From NCBI GenBank assembly GCA_963706025.1, contig CAVPLM010000005.1:576001-640000 (forward strand): DNA of 64,000 nucleotides, given 5' to 3'. The first letter of the stretch is position 1. Each line of letters opens with the position of its first letter. Positions 41,481-51,631 of the stretch are shown here, in pieces. A program made the position numbers and the translations under genes. This DNA comes from an uncultured Actinomycetes bacterium (GTDB lineage Bacteria > Actinomycetota > Thermoleophilia > RBG-16-64-13). The notes beneath the pieces are model-generated. The model saw only the letters and a program-made list of their open reading frames with translations. It made no database searches and had not been told where the DNA came from.

Positions 41481-41921
41481 TTACTTGAGCATCTTGAGCG
41501 CCAGAACCCCCATGGCCCCGAAAGCCGTGAGCGCCGCCAGGCTCACTTTGGTGACGTCGAACAACGGCTTCACCTGGACTCCGTCTGGGGTGACGATGAT
41601 GGCGGCTACCGGTCGGCCGACGGATCCACCGCCACCGCCCCCTCCTCCGCCGGCCCCTTCAAGGGCGCTTCCTGCGGAAGTACTTGGTTCCTCCGAGGCT
41701 TCGCTTCGGCGGGCGCGAGGCAGCCCGAACCCCATGCCTGAGCCGAACCCCCCGCCGCTGGCGACTTCGGATGCGGTTATCACCGTGTATTGGCCGGACG
41801 TGACCGGTTGGCCGAACACCTTGGTGGAATCCCCTGAGGACAGCAGCCGGTCCAATGCCTGCAATCTCCCTTGGGACTCCTTCTCCACGTTCTGCAGGAA
41901 CTCGCGGATCGCTTCGTTCAT
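41481..41921 (-). CDS. YtfJ/GerW-like protein
   Basis: KVFGQPV..TVITASEVASGGGFGSG..GGGGGG..RPVAAIIVTPDGV. Confidence 0.8.
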   Translation of the reverse strand: MNEAIREFLQNVEKESQGRLQALDRLLSSGDSTKVFGQPVTSGQYTVITASEVASGGGFGSGMGFGLPRARRSEASEEPSTSAGSALEGAGGGGGGGGGSVGRPVAAIIVTPDGVQVKPLFDVTKVSLAALTAFGAMGVLALKMLK

Positions 41922-42220
41922 GGCGATCTCTCCTTTCGCCTGGTTGCTCGAGTCAAGAGCCCGTATGCGCAGAGCATCGCGACCATCGCGATGGCGGCCT
42001 GGACCACCCGGGTCACGTTCACGATGGGAATGCGCGCCGTTCGTCCCTCCCTTGAGACGAGCACCGCGCACGGCCAACTTCGCACCAGGACTCCACTCCT
42101 CCACCTCAGAGCCGCTGACCTGGAGACCGGGGTGACCGTGACAGAACCCACCTCCACCGCGGGTGACATTACGGTCCTGAAGGTAAGGAAGCGACGCCTA
42201 TTGTCCCGGGCAGATTCCAT
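41918..42220 (-). CDS. Hypothetical protein coupled to the YtfJ-like gene
   Basis: ATGA overlap; VEVGSVTVTPVSRS..RIPIVNVTR plus a TM helix. Confidence 0.6.
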   Translation of the reverse strand: MESARDNRRRFLTFRTVMSPAVEVGSVTVTPVSRSAALRWRSGVLVRSWPCAVLVSREGRTARIPIVNVTRVVQAAIAMVAMLCAYGLLTRATRRKERSP

Positions 42221-42255
42221 CTAAGGGTTGATACCCACTCGACGCAGTTCTAGTC

Positions 42256-42308
42256 ATGGCTGCGACGAGCGCCTGGGACGACGCGTCAACCTTCACGTTC
42301 GTCCCGGC
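42256..42308 (+). repeat. Direct repeat, copy 2: fragment of the DUF3303-like gene
   Basis: MAATSAWDDASTFTFVPA versus MAATSAWDDVFSFTVVPA. Confidence 0.85.
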
Positions 42309-42365
42309 GAGCGGCCCACAGCACCACCCGCCTCGGTCACGGCGGCGCGCATCCGGCGGCCGCTT

Positions 42366-43025
42366 CTACAGAACTACCCGCCGGCTCTCCAGATGCAGCG
42401 TCACTTTGCGCTTGATGCGCTGGAGGGCGTTGTCCACCGTTTTGGTGTCGTGACCTATGTGGGCGGCGATGGCCTCGTAGGAGTTCCCCTCCAGGTAGTA
42501 CTTGAGCACCCGCGACTCCAACGGGCTGAGCAGCCGCACCAGGCAATCGGTGAGGCTGACCACTTCCTCCGAACTGATCACTTGTTGCACCGGGTCACTC
42601 GCCCGCCCTGAGGGGATCACATCGGCAAGAGTGCGGCTGTCGAAATCGGCGCTGGATGGCGAGTAGCTGAAGCTCACGTAGGTATTGAGCGGGAGGTGTT
42701 TCTGCCGAGAGGCCGTCTTGATCGCAGTGATGATCTGCCGGGTCACGCACAGCTCGGCGAAACTGCGGAAGCTCGTGCTACGGTCGTGCTCGTAGTCGCG
42801 AATGGCTTTGTAGAGCCCGATGTAGCCCTCTTGGATGAGATCGTCGCCGTCTCCTCCGGCCAGGAAATACGAATTGGCCTTGAGACGAACAAAGTAGTGA
42901 TATCGGGTCAGGATCCGTCGGGTGGCGTCGGCATCACCGCTCTTAGCCCGCGCTACAAGCTCCTCGTCGGTCCAGTCGGCTGTGGTCGCCTCAGCAGCCT
43001 TCCTCGCAAACGCCGCGCTTTCCAT
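42366..43025 (-). CDS. sigH: RNA polymerase sigma factor SigH (Firmicutes Spo0H type)
   Basis: YFLAGGDGDDLIQEG, SFRSFAELCVTRQIITAIKTASRQKHLPLNTYVS, DNALQRIKRK. Confidence 0.93.
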   Translation of the reverse strand: MESAAFARKAAEATTADWTDEELVARAKSGDADATRRILTRYHYFVRLKANSYFLAGGDGDDLIQEGYIGLYKAIRDYEHDRSTSFRSFAELCVTRQIITAIKTASRQKHLPLNTYVSFSYSPSSADFDSRTLADVIPSGRASDPVQQVISSEEVVSLTDCLVRLLSPLESRVLKYYLEGNSYEAIAAHIGHDTKTVDNALQRIKRKVTLHLESRRVVL

Positions 43026-43070
43026 CGGTCGTCCCTCCCGCTAGAGGTTGCGGAGCCGAGTCTCGGACCC

Positions 43071-43697
43071 CTATTCCGGTCGGCTCGGTTCCTCCGGCTG
43101 CGCGGACAACTCGTCCCGCAGCGCCTTCAGCCTCTCCACCGTGTCGGGGTCGATCCTGTCCTCGATCCTGTGACTCATTGTAATGCAATTCTCAGGATTT
43201 GCAATCCTTTTTGTGTGTTCTTGCAAATCTGCCACGAATTGCCGGGACGAGCGCCGGATGACGTTGGGGACAAAAATGGTCTTCTGCAGTTGGTAGTCGG
43301 ACGACACCACCACTACATTTTTCCCTGCACTTATCGCATAAACCTCCCTTTCGATGATGCTGTCCGCAGAGCGTGAGAACGACCCGAAATACACGTCCAC
43401 ATTTGCGGTTGCACTCTCGGTCTTTTGCAATACCTGGGAGTGCGAATCGAACACCACGATGGCTCTGTCGGAACTCCCACCCATGTAGCTGGCGATACGG
43501 TCGAGCAGCCGGCGCCGCTCGTCTTCCAGATCGACTGCACCCGGGCCGGTGGACGACCCCAGGCCGTGCTGGGGCCGGCGCCCGTCACGTCCCTGTCGTG
43601 CTTGAGCCGGCTGCGACCGACTGGGACGCTCGTTCTCTTGATGATGCCCCAGGAACTGGTGGAGCACGTTGTAGCCGTCGATGAGATAGACCGTCAC
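43071..43697 (-). CDS. NYN-domain RNase, YacP/Rae1 family
   Basis: YLIDGYNV, VVFD, SADSIIER, VVSSD; located between rlmB and sigH. Confidence 0.88.
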   Translation of the reverse strand: MTVYLIDGYNVLHQFLGHHQENERPSRSQPAQARQGRDGRRPQHGLGSSTGPGAVDLEDERRRLLDRIASYMGGSSDRAIVVFDSHSQVLQKTESATANVDVYFGSFSRSADSIIEREVYAISAGKNVVVVSSDYQLQKTIFVPNVIRRSSRQFVADLQEHTKRIANPENCITMSHRIEDRIDPDTVERLKALRDELSAQPEEPSRPE

Positions 43698-43710
43698 GGG
43701 TGACTCTCCC

Positions 43711-44656
43711 TCACGCGTCGTCCGGCGACGCTGCGCCCGGCCCTGGCGGCCGCGGAGCGCCAGATGCGGCCGCCTGCGTGGCCGCCCGAGCGGCCGCCTG
43801 CGCACCACGCTGCCGTAACGCCTCATACAGGAGGACGCCGGTCGACACGCTCACATTGAGCGAACCCACCCGTCCGGCAAGCGGCAGCCCGACCATCACG
43901 TCACACAGCGAGTCCACCCGGCGACCCAGTCCCTCCCCCTCGGAACCCACCACGAAGCAGGTCGGATACTCATAGTCCTGGCAGGTGTAGAGGCTGTCTG
44001 CCCCGGAAGCTGCCCCGTATATCCAGAAACCCGCTTCTTTGGCCTGCACCAAGGAGTCGGCCAGATTGCGAACCCTGACGACGGCTGCATGCTCGCTGGC
44101 GCCGGCGGAGGCCTTAACCACGGCAGCGGTCACCTCGGCCGCGCGGTGCCGCGGGATGAGCACGCCCGCCCCGGTCCCCTCCGCGGTTCTGATGACGGCC
44201 CCCAGATTGTGCGGGTCCTGTATCTCGTCCAATGCCACCAGCAGCGTGTGATCGCGCGAGGACTGCCTCCAGTTCGAGGTACGGATAGGGATCGACTTCC
44301 GCGGCGATGCCCTGATGGTCGCCCGTCCTCAGGCGGGAGCTCAGTTCCCCGGCCGGCAGCCGCTGCACAGCGGGAACTGCGCACGAAGCGTCGGCGCACC
44401 AGTCCTGCAGGCTGCGCTCCAGCCCCTCGCCGCCTTCGCCCATCGCGACCAAGACCGCGTGCACGCGCCTGCGCCCCCGTAGCGCCTCACGCACAGGATT
44501 ACGACCGTAGATGAACTCGGTCCCAGCGGATGGGCCGTCACGGTTCTCCGACTCGCGGCGCCTCGGGCGCGGCGCCCCGCCGTGCGCCGCGCCGGGAGCG
44601 GAGCCGGGCGCGAGCCTGCGCGCCGGTCTACCTGGCTGCGACGATCTTGTAGCCAC
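43711..44656 (-). CDS. rlmB: 23S rRNA Gm2251 methyltransferase (frameshift near 44255)
   Basis: IYGRNPVREAL, HQGIAA, DPHNLGAVIRTA, GSEGEGL, SLNVSV. Confidence 0.92.
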
Positions 44657-46163
44657 TGGGGACGTCCCGGATTTCGAAGCCCCGCTCGGCTATGGCGGCG
44701 CGCAAGGCGTCGGCCCGGGCGAAGTCCCGAGCAGCCCGGCATTGCCGGCGCTCTTCGGCCATGGCCACGATGTCAACAGGGATGGCCTCATCGCCGCCGG
44801 CTAAGGCCTCAAGCCCCAGAACGTGCACCATCTCCACCATCCCCGCGCGTACCCGCCCCGCCGTCTCCGGCGATAGCCCACCGCCGGCCAAGGCGGCATT
44901 GGTCTCGCGAGCCAGTCCGAACACCTCGGCCAAAGCTGCGGCGGTATTCAAGTCGTCGGCCAAGGCATCGGTGAAAGCGCGGCCGCGTACCGCCGCATGC
45001 GCCAGGAAACGGGCGTCCCCTTCCGGCGCTGTCGCGGCCGGTGCGGCGTCACCCTCGGCGACCGGAGTGCAGCCCGAAGCCGCGGCCCGGTCGGCCAACT
45101 CCCGGAACACGTTGCGCAGCCGGTCGACCTGTTGCTCGCTCTCCTCGAGGAGTTCCGAGCTGAATTCCAGCGGACTGCGGTAGTGACTGCCCAGGAAGGC
45201 GGCGATGAGCGCCTCCGGCCGGTGCTCGTCCAGGATATGGCGCAGGGTGAGGATGTTCCCTATGCTCTTGGACATCTTCTCCTCGCGCAGGTTGAGCATC
45301 CCGTTGTGCATCCAGAAACGCACGAACGGCTCCTGCGAGGCATCTCCGGACTGCGCGCCCTCCGTCGGGGCGCGCCCGGATAGTCCGCCCCCGGCCATCG
45401 CGCCCCCGGCCATCGCGCCCTCGGCCATCGCGCCCTCGGCCTGGGCGATCTCGTTCTCGTGATGGGGGAAGATAAGGTCCCGGCCTCCCCCGTGGATGTC
45501 GAACCCCATTCCCAGATACTTCAGACTCATGGCCGAACACTCGATGTGCCATCCGGGCCGGCCCGGCCCCCAGGGGCTATCCCAGGCCGGCTCTCCCGGC
45601 TTGGCTCCTTTCCAGAGGGCGAAATCCAGCGGGTCGGCCTTCTCTTCTCCAGGGTCGATGCGGGCTCCGTGCCGCATCTCCGCCACCTGCTGCTTGGATA
45701 GCTTCCCGTATGCGGCCCAGCTATCGACGTCGAAGTAGACGTCTGGACCCGACTGGTACGCATGTCCCCTCTCCACCAGTGCGGCAATGAGATCGATGAT
45801 CTCCTGGATGTGCTCGGTGGCCAACGGCTCGATGTCCGGGCGCCCCAGACCCAAACGATCGGTGTCCTCGCGATAGGCCTGGGCGAATTCCTCGGCCACC
45901 TCCCGCGAACTCCGGCCCTGAGCGTTTCCCTTCTGGATGATGCGGTCGTCGATGTCGGTGATGTTCTCCACCAGAGTGACCCGATAGCCGAGCGATTCGA
46001 AGTAGCGCTTCGCCACCATCGAGACCACATACGGCCGGGCGTTCCCCACGTGCACGTAGTTGTAGACCGTGGGCCCGCAGAAATACATGGTCACGTGGTC
46101 CCCGTCGCGAGGGACGAATTCCTTCTTCTCCTGGCTCAGGGAGTCGTACAGGCGCATCGTCAC
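44628..46163 (-). CDS. cysS: Cysteine--tRNA ligase
   Basis: CGPTVY, HVGN, GWHIECSAM, FPHHENE, KMSKS. Confidence 0.97.
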   Translation of the reverse strand: MTMRLYDSLSQEKKEFVPRDGDHVTMYFCGPTVYNYVHVGNARPYVVSMVAKRYFESLGYRVTLVENITDIDDRIIQKGNAQGRSSREVAEEFAQAYREDTDRLGLGRPDIEPLATEHIQEIIDLIAALVERGHAYQSGPDVYFDVDSWAAYGKLSKQQVAEMRHGARIDPGEEKADPLDFALWKGAKPGEPAWDSPWGPGRPGWHIECSAMSLKYLGMGFDIHGGGRDLIFPHHENEIAQAEGAMAEGAMAGGAMAGGGLSGRAPTEGAQSGDASQEPFVRFWMHNGMLNLREEKMSKSIGNILTLRHILDEHRPEALIAAFLGSHYRSPLEFSSELLEESEQQVDRLRNVFRELADRAAASGCTPVAEGDAAPAATAPEGDARFLAHAAVRGRAFTDALADDLNTAAALAEVFGLARETNAALAGGGLSPETAGRVRAGMVEMVHVLGLEALAGGDEAIPVDIVAMAEERRQCRAARDFARADALRAAIAERGFEIRDVPSGYKIVAAR

Positions 46164-47647
46164 GCCCCTCCCCGTGTCCCAGGACCAGGCGCGTTCCGAG
46201 CCACGAAGGCGGCCGCCGCTTCCAGCCTCGAAAGGATCCTGCTCTTCCCCAGCCCTCCCACGAGGTAATACAGTTCCGGGCCTTCGTCCCTACCACTCAA
46301 CGCCACGCGCAGAGGTTGGTAGATCGACTTGCCTTTGATGCCCCGCTCTCTGGCCACTTCGACCAAGTCTCGCAGGACTTCCCGAGCCTCCAGGGAGGGC
46401 ACGAACTCGGCCGGCAACCCGGCGAAAGCCTCCTTGGCCAGCTCGAAAACGGCGCCGGCCCCCGGAGCGAGCAAGGCCTGGGCAAAGGGACATGTGGCCG
46501 GATCGCTCTCTTCCACGAACACGGCCGCGTATTTCGGCGCGTCCCCCAGCACCACCAGGTTGGCCTGCACCGCCTCGGTCACCACCTCCCGCTGCACCGG
46601 GGCCAGCTTGACGCCGCCTGCAGCCAGATATGGCTCGATCGCCTCGTAAAGCTCCACCGTACCGAACTCCCGTATATACAGGCCGTTCAGCCAATTGAGC
46701 TTCTGTGCGTCGAAGATGGCGGGGCTCTTCGACACCCGTTCGAGCTCGAACTCCTCCACCAACTCGGCCAGAGTGAACTTCTCCCGTTCGTCGGCGGGGT
46801 GCCAGCTCAGCAACGCCAGGTAGTTGACGAGGGCCCCGGAGAGGTAGCCCAGGCCCTTGAAATCGCCAATGGAGGTGGCCCCGTGCCGCTTGGACAGCTT
46901 GCTCCCGTCGGGAGCAAGGATCAAGGAATGGTGTCCGTAGCGTGGCGTCGGTTCACCCAGAGCGGAGAAGAGCATGAGCTGGCGGGCGGTGTTGGTGATG
47001 TGGTCCTCGCCCCGGATGACGTGGGTGATCTCCATGCCTGCGTCGTCGATGACAACGGCGTAGTTGTAGGCAAAGCCACCGTCAGTGCGCTTGATGATGA
47101 AATCCCCTATCACGTCCGACGAGAAGGTGATGGGCCCGTGGATGAGATCGTCGAAGGTCACGTCCCCTTGGGGCACCCGGAAACGGATCGCCGCCTCCTC
47201 CCCAGCCGCGAGCCGCGCCTCCACCTCGGTCGCAGGCAGCCGGCAGCAGGTGCGGTCGTACTTGGGCATCTCGCCCCGGGCCAGTTGCTGCTCCTTGCGC
47301 TGGTCCAACAGCTCTTGCGGGCAGAAGCAGGGGTAGGCGTGACCATCACCCAGCAATCGCTGCACCCCGGCTTCATACAGATGGGCCCGCTCGCTCTGTC
47401 TGTAGGGACCGTGGGGCCCACCCATGTCGGGGCCTTCGTCAGCATGGAGCCCCAGCCAGGCCAGGTCGCTGATGATGCTGGCGTCATGCGCGCTGGTGGA
47501 GCGCTTGAGGTCGGTGTCCTCGATCCTGAGCACCATGGCGCCGCCGTGATGACGGGCGTAGAGATAGTTGTAGAGGGCAGTGCGCGCACTGCCCACATGG
47601 AGCGACCCTGTGGGACTGGGAGCGAAACGCACACGAACGTCGGTCAT
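46160..47647 (-). CDS. gltX: Glutamate--tRNA ligase
   Basis: RFAPSPTG, HVGS, RGEDH, KLSKR. Confidence 0.97.
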   Translation of the reverse strand: MTDVRVRFAPSPTGSLHVGSARTALYNYLYARHHGGAMVLRIEDTDLKRSTSAHDASIISDLAWLGLHADEGPDMGGPHGPYRQSERAHLYEAGVQRLLGDGHAYPCFCPQELLDQRKEQQLARGEMPKYDRTCCRLPATEVEARLAAGEEAAIRFRVPQGDVTFDDLIHGPITFSSDVIGDFIIKRTDGGFAYNYAVVIDDAGMEITHVIRGEDHITNTARQLMLFSALGEPTPRYGHHSLILAPDGSKLSKRHGATSIGDFKGLGYLSGALVNYLALLSWHPADEREKFTLAELVEEFELERVSKSPAIFDAQKLNWLNGLYIREFGTVELYEAIEPYLAAGGVKLAPVQREVVTEAVQANLVVLGDAPKYAAVFVEESDPATCPFAQALLAPGAGAVFELAKEAFAGLPAEFVPSLEAREVLRDLVEVARERGIKGKSIYQPLRVALSGRDEGPELYYLVGGLGKSRILSRLEAAAAFVARNAPGPGTRGGA

Positions 47648-48189
47648 GGTCTCTCTTCGTTAGTAGTCCCCGGGGCTTCTGTCGACCTGTCGTTCGCCGC
47701 GACCCGCTGAACGAGAGCCACTGCCTGCGCGGCAATGCCCTCCCGCCGCCCGCTGAACCCCATTCCTTCGGTGGTGGTGCCCCTCAGGCTCACTTGTTCC
47801 ACGCGGACCTCCATCGCCGCCGCCAGGCGCTCGCGCATGGCCTGACGGTGCGGGGCGATCCGCGGCTCTTCACAGATGACCACGGCATCAACGTTGACCG
47901 GCTCCCAACCATTATGCCGCAGGATCCCAACCACCACCTTCAGCAGCTTAAGGCTGTCGGCACCGGCGAAGGCCGGGTCGGTGTCGGGGAAATGATGGCC
48001 GATGTCCTCGAGACCTGCGGCGCCCAGCAGCGCGTCCATGATCGCGTGTGCGAGCACATCGGCGTCACTGTGGCCTCCGAGGCCGCCTTGTTCGCGCAGT
48101 CGCACCCCTCCGAGCACGAGAGCGCGCCCAGGCTGGAAGCGGTGGGCATCGTAACCCAGACCTACTCTGAGTCCGGGATCGCCGTTCAC
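47644..48189 (-). CDS. ispF: 2-C-methyl-D-erythritol 2,4-cyclodiphosphate synthase
   Basis: RVGLGYDAHRF, GHSDADV, DIGHHFPDTD, TTEGMGF. Confidence 0.95.
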   Translation of the reverse strand: MNGDPGLRVGLGYDAHRFQPGRALVLGGVRLREQGGLGGHSDADVLAHAIMDALLGAAGLEDIGHHFPDTDPAFAGADSLKLLKVVVGILRHNGWEPVNVDAVVICEEPRIAPHRQAMRERLAAAMEVRVEQVSLRGTTTEGMGFSGRREGIAAQAVALVQRVAANDRSTEAPGTTNEERP

Positions 48190-48256
48190 TTTGGGGGTCC
48201 GACTCTTGGCCGGCACTCTGCAGCGGTCTCGTTGCCGGCTTCCGGCCGGGTCTCGG

Positions 48257-48976
48257 TCACCATCGACGCTCCGCCAGTATCTGTTCGGCAAGCCGCAGAT
48301 CGACCCGGTCGGTGATCTTGAAGTTCTCGGGCGAGCCTTCCACCACCGCCACCCGGCCCCCGCGCGCCTCGACGAGCGCGGCATCATCCGTCGCGTCTGC
48401 GAGTGCCTCGTCGGATACGCGGTAGGCGTCCATCAGGGCCTGCCAGCGGAAGATCTGCGGAGTCTGGGCCCGCCAGAGATTGCGTCGGTCGGGGGTGCTC
48501 CTGATGAGACCACCTTCGTCGACGATCTTCACCGTGTCGACGCTGGGAATAGCCAGAACTGCCCCGTCCAGGGTCGGGTCGGCCGCGAGGGCAGCGACGG
48601 CCCGGCCTATCGCGTCGCAAGTCACCAGGGGCCGGGCTCCGTCATGCACTCCCACCAGATCCCAGGAGCCGACTTCAGCCAGCGCCAGAAGACCTCTCTT
48701 GACCGATAAAGGTCGCTCCTCACCGCCGGCCGTCACCAGCGCCACCTTGCCGATCCGTTCCATCGCGATCTCGTTGATGCAATACTCCACGTCCGGGAAG
48801 TTGACCACCACCGCGAGGGCGTCGACTTCGGAACAGGAGCCTAGGGTGCTGAGAGTGCGCTGCAACATGGGGATGCCCAGCAGGGGAACGTACTGCTTGG
48901 GAAGCCCCGAATCGAGGCGGGCGCCGTAGCCGGCCGCGGCCACCACCAAGGCCAGACTGAGTCCTGGGCCTCCCAT
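48257..48976 (-). CDS. ispD: 2-C-methyl-D-erythritol 4-phosphate cytidylyltransferase
   Basis: AAGYGARL..PKQY, VHDGARP, AQTPQ, TDDA, NFKIT. Confidence 0.95.
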   Translation of the reverse strand: MGGPGLSLALVVAAAGYGARLDSGLPKQYVPLLGIPMLQRTLSTLGSCSEVDALAVVVNFPDVEYCINEIAMERIGKVALVTAGGEERPLSVKRGLLALAEVGSWDLVGVHDGARPLVTCDAIGRAVAALAADPTLDGAVLAIPSVDTVKIVDEGGLIRSTPDRRNLWRAQTPQIFRWQALMDAYRVSDEALADATDDAALVEARGGRVAVVEGSPENFKITDRVDLRLAEQILAERRW

Positions 48977-48988
48977 ACCCTCTCCCTC

Positions 48989-50035
48989 TCAGGAGGTCAG
49001 TCGCGCGAAGATCATCTTCCCCGCCGGGTTCTGCAGAACCGAGGTGACTTCCACCTCCACGTCCTCACCCAGCCGGCCGCGACCGCCCTCGATCACCACC
49101 ATGGTCCCGTCATCCAGATACGCCACTCCCTGGTCTTCTTCCTTGCCCTCGCGAAGGACCCGCACACCCAGGCTTTCTCCGGGCAACACCACCGCCTTCA
49201 GGAAGTTGGCCAGTTCGTTGACGTTCAGGACCTCTACCCCCTGGATATGGCAGAGCTTGCTGAGGTTGTAGTCGGTGGTGAGGATGCAGGCCTTCATCTC
49301 CTTGGCCAGCTTGATCAATTTGGCGTCCACTTCAGCCACATTCGGATAATCCCGCTCGATTATCATCACCCGGTTGTGGGCCTCCTGGAGATCGCGCACG
49401 GTGTCTAGACCACGCCGACCGCGGGCCCGTTTGCCGGGCTCGGCCGAATCGGCGATTGACTGCAGCTCCTCCAACACGAAACCGGGCACGACCAGATCCC
49501 CTTCCAAGAACCCGGTGGCCACAACGTCGCCGATGCGCCCGTCGATGATGACAGAGGTGTCGAGCAGTTTGGGCCTTATGAACTGCTCCGCCCCCGGTTG
49601 CTGCAGCAGCCCCTTGAACCCCAGAACCCGAGCTAGGTCGGTGTGGCGTTTGTAGGCCAGGTAGGCGAACAAGTAACCGCTTATCGCGAACAGCAGCGGG
49701 AGCAAGTACGGCCCCACCACCGGCAGGTCCTTGATGGCAAGGCTGCCGAGTGCGGCGATGCCCAGGCCGATAAGGAGCCCGAGGGTGGTGAAGATGAGAC
49801 CGCTCGCCGTGAGCAGCGAACTGGCTCTATCGAGTCGCCGGCCCAGACCGGTCGCGGCCCGACCGAGGAAGCCGCCCAACACCACCCCGAGAAGGATCCC
49901 CACCACAACGCACAGCGCCACAAGAAGCGGGTACGCGACCGTACCCAGGTCGGAGTGGGGCAAGTACTCGATGGCCAACTCGTAGCCGGTCACCCCACCC
50001 ACGAGGGCCAGGAGCAATCTCAGGGCGAATACCAT
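48989..50035 (-). CDS. PIN/TRAM domain membrane protein (YacL)
   Basis: TM helices, LDTSVIIDGRI, RARGRRGLD, QGVAYLDDGTMVV. Confidence 0.93.
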   Translation of the reverse strand: MVFALRLLLALVGGVTGYELAIEYLPHSDLGTVAYPLLVALCVVVGILLGVVLGGFLGRAATGLGRRLDRASSLLTASGLIFTTLGLLIGLGIAALGSLAIKDLPVVGPYLLPLLFAISGYLFAYLAYKRHTDLARVLGFKGLLQQPGAEQFIRPKLLDTSVIIDGRIGDVVATGFLEGDLVVPGFVLEELQSIADSAEPGKRARGRRGLDTVRDLQEAHNRVMIIERDYPNVAEVDAKLIKLAKEMKACILTTDYNLSKLCHIQGVEVLNVNELANFLKAVVLPGESLGVRVLREGKEEDQGVAYLDDGTMVVIEGGRGRLGEDVEVEVTSVLQNPAGKMIFARLTS

Positions 50036-50039
50036 CCCT

Positions 50040-50552
50040 CTACCGGCCCGCGTAGCGTGGTCGAGCGCAGATCTCTGCGAGAATGCCGTCGAGCAGGCGA
50101 AGAGCATCGTCTTCCCGCATGCGCTTGGCGCACATCACCTCGGAAGCAAGGATGCGCTTCACTCTGCCGTACATCTGCTTCTCGCCGGTAGAGAGCCCCT
50201 GTTCGTGCTGCCTGAGGGCGAGATTGCGGAGAACGTCGGCGATCTCCAGGACATCTCCGCTCTTGATCTTCTCCCTATTGTGCTTGATCCGGCGATTCCA
50301 GTCCTTGGGCATCTTGGTGGGATCGTCACGAAGGACCCCGAGCACCTCGTCGACCATCGGCTCTGGGATGACCGCCCGGATGCCGGCATTCTCCACTCCA
50401 TCCACCGGCACCATCACAGTCATGTCGTTGTGTAGTATCCGGATGTTGTAGAAGCGGCGCGGCAGCCCCTGGAAATCCTGCTCCACTATGCCCAGTATCT
50501 GACCGGCCCCGTGCTGAGGGTAGACGATGGTCTCGCCCACGCGGAACATCAC
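50040..50552 (-). CDS. carD: CarD family transcription regulator
   Basis: FRVGETIVYPQHGAG, WNRR, LSTGEK. Confidence 0.93.
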   Translation of the reverse strand: MMFRVGETIVYPQHGAGQILGIVEQDFQGLPRRFYNIRILHNDMTVMVPVDGVENAGIRAVIPEPMVDEVLGVLRDDPTKMPKDWNRRIKHNREKIKSGDVLEIADVLRNLALRQHEQGLSTGEKQMYGRVKRILASEVMCAKRMREDDALRLLDGILAEICARPRYAGR

Positions 50553-51631
50553 CCGTACCGCTCCAGGAGGTTGACTTCGCGCAGGCGCACCAGACCCTCG
50601 CGGATATCGTTGGCCCGGGCCATCCCCACTCCGTCGATGGCGGCCAGTTCCTCTACCGTCGCGTCGAGCAGGCCCCGCACATTGCCGAACCGGGAGGCCA
50701 GCGCTTCGATGACCGTATCGTTCAAGCGGGGGATCTTCCGCAGCATGCGGTAGCCACGGGGGCTCATGTGCTTCTCCAGGGTCAGGACGTTGGGGCCGTA
50801 GCCCAGGATCTCGCCCACTCGAGCCAGGGAGAGCAACTCCTCGGAGCGAAGGGCCCCCAGGGCCTCGCGAGCTTCCTTCAGCCGCGCGGGGGAGGGATCC
50901 GGCAGATAGTCGGCCAGGATCGCGGCCCGGTCCTCGCGCACGTCCACCATCAGTTCCTCCAGCTGAAGTTGCACCAGTCGGCCTTCGTCACCCAACTCGA
51001 TGATGTAGTGCTCGATCTCCTGGACGATCACCAGCACCATCTCCGAACGCTGCAGCACGGATAGAACGTCGTGGAGGGTCACTGCATCCTCGAACTCAAG
51101 GGCCGACAGCGACGTGGACACCTGGTTGAGCCGGGCCTTGAACTTCTCCAGGGTCTGCAGCGCCTGGTCGGCCTTATCCAGGATCACGCGGATCGGGTCC
51201 ATTATGTAGCGGATGCCGGCCAGATAGATGGTCACCACGTCGCGGGCCGCCGAGATGGAGATGGCAAGAGCGTCGATCTGCTTGGCGACCCGCTCGGCAG
51301 TGCGATGGCGGGTACCGGTCTCTTGGGACTCGATGCGGGCGTCGGGCATCAACTGCACGTTGGCATGGATGATGTGCCTGCCGGTACGGTCGAGAAGGAT
51401 GGCCCCGTCCATCTTGGCAAGCTCGTAGAGGATCATGGGCTTGAGTTCGACGTCGATGTCGATCCCCCCGGAGATCATGGGTCTGATCTCCTGCTCGTCG
51501 GCGAACACGAGCAACGCTCCCGTGCGGGCCCGAACGACGTTGTCGATCGCCTGCCGGATCATCGTTCCCGGGGCGACCATCTGCAGGGCTTCGACCAATC
51601 GTGCCTCTAGGGCCGGGGGACGCTTACCCAC
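50549..51631 (-). CDS. disA: DNA integrity scanning diadenylate cyclase
   Basis: ELAKMDGA, ETGTRHRTAERVA, C-terminal HhH. Confidence 0.96.
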   Translation of the reverse strand: MGKRPPALEARLVEALQMVAPGTMIRQAIDNVVRARTGALLVFADEQEIRPMISGGIDIDVELKPMILYELAKMDGAILLDRTGRHIIHANVQLMPDARIESQETGTRHRTAERVAKQIDALAISISAARDVVTIYLAGIRYIMDPIRVILDKADQALQTLEKFKARLNQVSTSLSALEFEDAVTLHDVLSVLQRSEMVLVIVQEIEHYIIELGDEGRLVQLQLEELMVDVREDRAAILADYLPDPSPARLKEAREALGALRSEELLSLARVGEILGYGPNVLTLEKHMSPRGYRMLRKIPRLNDTVIEALASRFGNVRGLLDATVEELAAIDGVGMARANDIREGLVRLREVNLLERYG

